Made by a program: the position numbers and the translations under genes. A stretch of 64,000 bases of DNA from Octopus sinensis (Eukaryota). The notes beneath the pieces are model-generated. The model searched no databases, was not told the origin of the DNA, and saw nothing but the letters and a program-made list of their open reading frames with translations. Shown here piece after piece: positions 55,520 to 64,000 of this stretch; the first letter of the stretch is position 1, and every line of letters starts with the position of its first letter. The stretch covers positions 63,178,001 to 63,242,000 of the forward strand of contig NC_043002.1 in the NCBI RefSeq assembly GCF_006345805.1. The letters are read 5' to 3'.

Positions 55520-56761
55520 TGTGTGTGTGTGTGTGTGTGTATGTTTATGTATATAATTTAGAGAAAAAAACCTCTATTAAACAATTCAATAATGAAAGAT
55601 GTTTTTCACACCATATAGAAAACATATACTATAAATACCTTATTCTAAAAGTACAATACATAGTAATAAATAGTGAAATTGTATTATATATTTCAGTTTC
55701 TCTCTACCAAATCTACTCACAAGGCTTTGGGCAGCCCAAGGCTATAGTAAAAATCTGAACCCGGAACCATGTGGTTGGGAAGGAAACTTTTTACTACATA
55801 GCCATGCCTGCGCCTCTACATGCGTATAATTCGTACTTAAAATCTGGTAGATATCCAATTAAACACACAAAGTAGCACACATGTTTGCGGTAATAAACAT
55901 TATCTAATTTATTATTTGGTATTAATACCCTGCAACATCACATTCCTTTTAACACATCGGTATACAACAATAACCATTCCTATTGTTAGACGTCTGTACT
56001 CAATGGCATCGATTAACCACTTAACTTCAAAATTACTGCCCATGTAACTAAATAATAAACTTTCTATCACAGCTGCTTGCTGAATTTTCAGGTTTTCGTT
56101 TCGGCGTTATGGCATAGTAAATGAAATTCAACTAAAAGTGAATGTCAACCAATAACTGATTTAATTTCAGAGCCCTGTGATTGAACAATTTCCTTCGGTT
56201 GATTTTATCACTGCCTTATTCTATTCATATTTTTTTATCAAACATGTATTTGAGAAAATCCATTGCTGTGTCATCGAAGTATTGTCCAATTCGGTCAATT
56301 ATTTACGTTGATTTTGAATTGTCCATGAGCGGTAGGGCTACATTTACTGCATGAACATTTGGAAATCACTGGTTTGTCTCTGTGGATCTGCTACCCGTAT
56401 AAAATCAGAACTGTCTTAAAAGCATAAAGGAACAAAAGCATCCAGAGAGTGCAAAAATCTGCATAGGCAACACAAATGCCCTCTCAACAATTAGCCAGAG
56501 AGGATTTTTTAAATGAGAATATCTGAAATAAACTCGACTGTTCAATTCAGAATCCATGTCCAGTACCTGATCTATCCTAATGGAAGTCATGGAATTGTGA
56601 AGGTGGCTGTAAAAAATTTAGTAACAGTAATAAATAGTTTATCCTTTTCTAAGCCAAAGTTAACAAATTCACCATTCAAAATAGTTACAGTCTAATGGGA
56701 GATATTTGAGGAATACTTGAAAGTTAAGGTAGGATCGTAATCATGTAATGTAAATATAACA

Positions 56762-56945
56762 CATAATCCAGAATCCTTGTCCGAAACTGGAGCGAAACCA
56801 AAATCTAATTATTTCGTACCAGTCACGAGGTCAAACATCTCTGAATGTTTCATTCAAATCGATCCGGTGGTTCTTGAGATATATTGTCCACATTCAAACA
56901 AACATGACGGAAAACAATACCTCCGACTTCGCTAAGGCAGAAGTG
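56762..56945 (-). mobile_element. Helentron/HINE-like non-autonomous fragment
   Basis: Minus strand begins with the hairpin ACTTCTGCC-TTAGCGAAG-TCGGAGGT-ATTGTTTTC, then TGTTTGTTTG and ACCGGATCGATTTGAATGAAAC, as in HINE/DINE-type elements. Confidence 0.5.
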
Positions 56946-57379
56946 TAGAACAAAGTAGATTCTAGAATAACTAAATCATAACAAAATTGAATAAAACCTA
57001 TTATAGCATCTGTGGTTGTCACAATATATAAAAAAAAATCACGGGCATTACTCCTCACACAAATTCGGGCAAGATGCATTCTCGTAAAGCCATAATTAGA
57101 AGAATAAAATCAATGGTGGGAATAGCGAGGCATATATTGTACAAAAAAATAATCATAGCTATGGATCCAAAATTCCATAATTGATAACGAGAAACAGTGG
57201 AAAATTTAAAGAACAAAGCTATACTCACACTGACACACATGCACACGCACACACATGGTGACCCAAACGCATATACATAAAATATACACACAAATTGCAT
57301 GTGTTCATATGTATACACATATATTTATCTATCTATCTATCTGTCGATCTATCTATATCTGTATATATATATACAAATA

Positions 57380-57998
57380 GAAAAATCTTCGGCGCACCTC
57401 GAGACACGTGTGATTCGAACTAGAAACTTTCATAGAGTGATAGGATCCGGAAGTGAAACACTAATCTATTTATAATTGATATAGGATAAAATTTTTTATC
57501 AATCGCCAGCATATCAAAAATGCCTTTAAAGGTAAAATTTATACATAATTTACAAGATAAGGGCAGAAGAGAAAATTCTAATGCCAGAGACACTGAAACA
57601 AAAAAATTGTCGATAACCATTAAAGTTGTGTCTCGAAATAAACCGATAGAAATCTCTAAAAAATTCGTTATTACCGTATTGGTCCAATTTCGGGGTTAAT
57701 TTACAAGACATTTTCCCCTCTTCAGCGGCACATACGCGAGATATAAATGAAATACTTATTCATACCCACGGAAGAAGCAAGCATCAAGTCCCGAGCAGAC
57801 TTAAGTAGCCCAAATATATCCAAATAGAAAAATCTTTAAAGGCATTTTTTTGATATGCTGGCCATTGATAAAATGTTTTTCCCGAAAAAAATGTTATCCT
57901 ATATCAATTATAAATAGATTAGTGTTTCACTTCCGGATTCTATCACTCTGTGAAAGTTTCTAGTTCGAATAACACGTGTCTCGATGTGCGTTGGAGAA
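57380..57998. mobile_element. HHR-bearing non-coding element: ~460 nt monomer (minus) plus inverted ~160 bp copy of its end
   Basis: 57380-57531 is the reverse complement of 57835-57998, joined at CTTTAAAG; the interior is homologous to 38.17-38.83 kb. Confidence 0.7.
57672..57730 (-). ncRNA. Canonical type I hammerhead (family g)
   Basis: Minus strand reads TGCCG-CTGAAGA-GGGG-(19 nt)-CCCC-GAAA-TTGG-A-CCAA-TA^CGGTA. The core is intact, 10.1/11.1 is G-C, all three stems form, and the site is AUA. Confidence 0.85.
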
Positions 57999-58839
57999 TT
58001 TTACAACAGTTTATGAACAAGACTGCAGTTTTTCCTATTTGTCCATGACAAGTGCATACAATAGAGTGGGTATTTATCTTAGCTATGAGTAATTGTGTCA
58101 ACATAATAAAATGTTCCCACGAAGCCCTTTATAGTAAGGTAGAATATCTGTAGAATGTGTTTCAACCGTTACAGTGAGCATTAGATTAATTGTGAGTATT
58201 ATGACACTGGTTAATAATTACTTTCATTTGTATCCTTTTTACAGACGTCCTTATTTGTCCAGTGAATTTTTTCTTGTATGGGGGAAAATTCGAATGCTCT
58301 ACAACACATGTAAATTCAGAATCGCATTCTAAATGAAAAGGACATTTTACAGCAGCCTTTACAATCTTAACACAAATAAGAGATGGCAAGAAAATAAAAT
58401 ATTTATGTACGTTATATCACATATACTTGTGGTGGCCTTATGAAAGAAAAGCCTAAAATTCAGAAAAAAAAACCAACTAAGAAACCATCGAAAATATTTA
58501 GTAAGAGCCGAAACATCAAAGCTACGAATGGTTGCATACACACATACATACATGCTTACAAGCGCGCCTAAACATAAGCACACATATACACACACACGCA
58601 CACACAGACTCACACACACTACACATATATACACGCATATATGCATTTGCCCCTAAGAAAGATTCAAGACGCTTAAGGAAATGTTAGCATTTCTACATCT
58701 TTACGCCTGTCCTGCCGTAAACAGCTGCAGATCATTCAATGTTGAACACGTACATCACTACCAACTTACCCACTGTTACCAGAATAACAGTTTCCACTGA
58801 GACCTTTGCGAAACAACACTTCTATTTTACTTCCACATT

Positions 58840-59200
58840 TTGGTAGATTTGAAGATATGTACACCCCTTAAATTTCTTACCGAAATGTCTTGCTTCCCCG
58901 GAGAGTTTTCCCACATTGTTATTTTTGTGCAGTATGTCGAAGTTTGTGCGTTTGTTATGGTTGTGCTATAGTAATTTTGTATAAAATTGGTGTATTGATG
59001 GCTATGGTTCATTGGCACTTTGTTGATTGTGTGTACGAATAGTTTAAGAAATTTCCTTAGGACGTTTTCTTGTTGGTTATGTTTGATTTGTGTCGGTTCT
59101 CATCATCGCCATTTGAAGGCCCCCAGCATTTCGTGAGAGCAGATGTGATTTGTCAACTATCTTTGATCCTGTTTTATAGAATCAGAATGGTTCGTAAATC
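58840..59200 (-). mobile_element. Possible very old PLE linker/GIY remnant
   Basis: NVLRKFLKL..NH and GVYI..C fragments; weak. Confidence 0.25.
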
Positions 59201-60066
59201 TTTCGAAATACTTAGGAAATACTGGGAAAATATGAAGTAACTGGAATATCTGTGGTATGGTTGTTATGTACTTAAGAATTTGCAGTGTTTCAGTCTATAC
59301 ACATCATTGGACGCTGCACAAGTTGTGTATTTAAAACATTGAGCGAAGAATTCAATATTCGTAAATTGCGCTTTAGTGTAGGCAAGTGATTTCATGTGAT
59401 CGGCAAATTGTTGTCCAATATGAAATTATAACTCACATTGTCAACGCTTGCACAGCACAAGTAGAAAGGGACAATTTATTTGACTAAACACTAAAAATAG
59501 CAATTACGTAACAATCTATTTGAAGACTGTCTAAGAGATATGATTTCTTTCTTAAATGCGAGAACTATTTTAGCAAGGCGGAACATAACAGCTGTGATGT
59601 AAATATGTTGTTTACTTATTTACAATTTACTAAAGGGATGCAATAAAACAAACACACACACAAGTGCGTATGAGCGCGTGTCTGTGCGTGTGTGTGTGTG
59701 TGGTGTGTGTGCGTAAATCTAGCTATATATTTATGTATACGCTCACACACACATATATATAACAATTATAGAAAGATGGATAGATAGTTTTCAAATAACT
59801 ATAGAGTGCCTTAGTGTAAAATTATCGATGCAAGTATGAATGCATGCATATATATTATCTCATATAGTTTATTATAAATTTTACACCAAAGAAAGTATGT
59901 CTTCAGAGTAGTTAAATGTAGATATCGACAAATGCACTTAACAATCAAACACACATACAACGAACGCGCACAAACACACACATATCATACAGATTCATGC
60001 ACACATACTGATAGGTGTATGTATATAGATGATCAAACACAAGCGCGCACAAACAAACACACAATG

Positions 60067-60208
<142 letters not shown>

Positions 60209-60502
60209 ATATATTATACATTTAAATGTGATTATCTGGCCCATTAAAACTTCAAAGAACTACTGAACTTCAAAACAACACATATCTCATACTTCACTCA
60301 TATCTTTCCTTTATAACAAGAGAGAGAGACGTGTGAACATATCAACAGAAAAGCGCAAACACGAACACACCGAGTGAAAACACGCACACACACACATACA
60401 CACACACACGCACACACATGCACACACGCACACACACAGACGTATATATACATATATATAATACATAAATATATTCTTACATATATATGGATATGTATAT
60501 AC

Positions 60503-60543
<41 letters not shown>

Positions 60544-60662
60544 CACACATGCATAAATGAATATATACATCCATACATCCTATATATATATATATTATAT
60601 ATATATATATATATACATAAATATATACTTACATATATATATATGTATATACATATATATAA

Positions 60663-60709
<47 letters not shown>

Positions 60710-60805
60710 CACACAAGCATAATGAATATATACATCCATACATCCATACATACTTATATATATGTATATATATGTATACACACATACACACACATATATC
60801 TATCC

Positions 60806-60859
<54 letters not shown>

Positions 60860-61233
60860 CTTATATATATATACTATTTATGCGTGTGTGCCTGTGTTTG
60901 TGCAACTATGAACGGCATTCAAAATGAGTCGCACAATACGTGTGAATGATGAAGAGGGTGAACGCAGTTCTATTGTGTGGAATTTCAATTTACATGGCGG
61001 TATACAGCTAGATAGGGAAATGGACTTCAGAACATCAACATCAAGATAATATAATCATATTGATCCCACTGATATCTTTGATAGCTAAGCAAAGGGTGGT
61101 ATATGATATAATGTATTCTATGGTAATCATTTGATATCCATTTGTAATGGGTTAGCGATTTTATACCTATACTCCATTGTTAATGTTTTAAAATAGAATA
61201 TCAGACATATGGGTGTGCATTTGTGCGTCAGTG

Positions 61234-61281
<48 letters not shown>

Positions 61282-61347
61282 GTATGAATATAGCCTAGTA
61301 CGTAGTTATATATATGTATATATAAACACACACATAAACATGGATAC

Positions 61348-61383
<36 letters not shown>

Positions 61384-61466
61384 ATATATGCATGGCTATT
61401 TCCAGTAAATATTGGCGACATGATGTATCACTATTCTTTCTCTTTCTCTCTCTAAAGATATATATA

Positions 61467-61512
<46 letters not shown>

Positions 61513-62028
61513 CCACACACAAACGCACACACTCACCAACACTCACACACATATATAAAGATACACATGCAAGCGAGTATATATGTAAGTTCCTATGTGC
61601 GTATGTGAGTATGTGTGTGTGCGTGTGTGTGTGTGTATGCGTGCGTACATTTATCATTCACATTTTTTAAATTTATTTATTCGAATTCTGTTATTTGTAT
61701 AGGTTATTTGATCCTATATTTTATACTTTAATGTCGTTTGTTAGAGTTACTAGTATCACCGGTGGAGTTCTATAAGGTCAACATTAAACACTTAATATAT
61801 TTCACTTAAATTCTGCAGTCAAAATGATAACACAGTGCAAAAAATACTTAGTCCACAGATGGATTGCTTTCTGGAGCTCATTCAATCATATACACATAAA
61901 ATGCTGCCAATATACACATGCAGAAACACACACACACTACACACACACACACCACACACACACACACACTCACACACACACACCTATATATATATATATA
62001 TATAATATATATTATATATATATATATA

Positions 62029-62082
<54 letters not shown>

Positions 62083-62371
62083 GTATAGATATACATATAT
62101 TTTGCATTCACACGTATTTATATACATATGTTTATGCATGTGTGTATATATGTTTGTGTTTTCTTTTTTTTCATACTTGTTCCAGTCCTTTGACCGCACT
62201 TAGGCCGAACAAATCAACCCCAGGACTTATTCTTTGAAAGCCCAGTACTTATTCCATCGTTATTTTTTGCCGAACAGCTAAGTTATGCTAAGTTACGAGT
62301 GGGGCGTAAACACACCGACATCGGTTGTCAAGCGATGGTAGGGATACAAACACAAACAAATAGATAAATAA

Positions 62372-62422
<51 letters not shown>

Positions 62423-62918
62423 TATATATATACGACGGGGATCTTTAAGTTTCCGTCTACCAAATTCACTCACACGGCTTTGGTCGGCCTGTTGCTCTAG
62501 CAGAAGACACTTGCCCAAGTTGCCACGCAGCGGAACTGAACCCGTAATCATGTGGTTGGAAAGCAAACTTCCTACCACACAACTCCGCCTGTACCTACTT
62601 CAATACATACATATGTGCATAATTTAATACACAGATATATATATTTATATATGTTCAAACACACAAAAAAAAACAAATATATTTATTTATACATCTTTTG
62701 AATAGAGGAGATTCAATATAGGGACAGCTTTCCTCATTTGGAAGACATGTAATTAGAAAGAAGAAAGAGTAAGAGAGGTGTTATTAGTGAGGATTATCCA
62801 CGGAGAGGCGTTCCCTCTTTATAGACATAAAGATATACTGGGAGAAATAGAGATAGCGTAACAGGCTGATAGAGCGATACGCTATTTTCTAGAAAGTAGG
62901 ACAAATGTTGCTGTTTAG

Positions 62919-62971
62919 TACCAAATGAACGAGGAGTTATCTGCCAATGGAGAACCCGAATCATCAACAAC
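62919..62971 (+). CDS. Candidate small internal exon
   Basis: gttgctgtttag| acceptor and |gtgagt donor; two open frames. Confidence 0.2.
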
Positions 62972-63477
62972 GTGAGTAACTGCTAGACTGCTGAAATTAT
63001 TTGGACCGAGCTTCGATTTCATTTTACTCACGAAGTCTATAAACAAAAGTATTTATCGGAGATAAAATCAATGAGTGAATGTCCTTCGTAAATGTAGGAA
63101 CTTTTATTTTGATATTCCTTGCTATCTGTGCTTACACGAAATGAATTGCAGAAATGCAATCCTCCGCACTCTGTAAGGAATATATTTGCAGCTATTTCTA
63201 AGTTTATGAACAAATGCTTCGGCTTAGCTTCAAGTGATCGACGGACCAGCTTAATCATACCTCATGATGAGTGATATAGAGGTTGCGTTTTTGTTACTTT
63301 ACAAACAATACCTATGAAGACAAAGAATTTGCTTGTGTCACTGAAATCTCCCACACCAACGGCATCTTAAGTTCAAAACTACAGCAGCATGTTTAAAAAT
63401 GAATGTACACATCTGTCGTTGAACTGTTAGTAACACTGCGTATCGAGTTATGAATGTATGTACGTTTATGCGTGTGT

Positions 63478-63544
<67 letters not shown>

Positions 63545-63613
63545 CATACAATATATACATATATACATATATACATATATACATACATATATATACATAT
63601 AACATATATACAT

Positions 63614-63644
<31 letters not shown>

Positions 63645-63673
63645 CATATATTATATATATATATATAATATAT

Positions 63674-63738
<65 letters not shown>

Positions 63739-63741
<3 letters not shown>

Positions 63742-64000
63742 AGCCCTCTGTCGGTTACGACGGTGACAGTCTCAGCTGATACAATCAACGGAACAGCTTG
63801 CTCGTGAAATTAACTTGCAAGTGACTGAGCAATCCACAGACACGTGTACCCTTAACGTTGTTCTCAGGAAGAATCATCGTGACACAGAGTGTGACAAGGC
63901 CGGCCCTTTGAAATACAGGTACAACTCATTTTTGCCAGCTGAGTGAACTGAAGCAACGTGAAATAAAGTGTCTTGCTCAAGGACACAACGCGGCGCCGGG
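63739..64000 (-). mobile_element. SINE family D (CORE-like GTGTCCTTGAGCAAGACACTT), cut by window end; 5' fragment at 46945-47070 (+)
   Basis: Shared TTGTGT(C/T)CTTGAG..A.ACACTT.ATTTCACGTTG block in both places. Confidence 0.7.

Overview
AT-rich, microsatellite-saturated animal genomic DNA. The tRNA-derived SINE families suggest an octopus or other cephalopod (inference). No host gene can be identified with confidence: there are only a few weak exon candidates, and almost all short ORFs in the track are microsatellite artefacts. Recognisable content: a near full-length, frameshifted Penelope-like retroelement (PLE; RT plus Cys-linker plus GIY-YIG; about 24.43-28.98 kb) with a terminal direct repeat; fragments of HERO-like and R4/Dong-like restriction-endonuclease LINEs; Tc1/mariner remnants; a Helentron/HINE-like fragment; and four SINE families. 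The most striking signal is about 12 type I hammerhead-ribozyme (HHR) motifs from roughly 8 unrelated sequence families. They lie in non-coding modules of about 50-500 bp embedded in (TA)n tracts, which repeatedly occur as fold-back (inverted) duplications or as tandem HHR-to-HHR monomers. This looks like a dense population of PLE pseudo-LTR-derived, retrozyme-like elements. All alignments, identities and folds were done by eye and are approximate.
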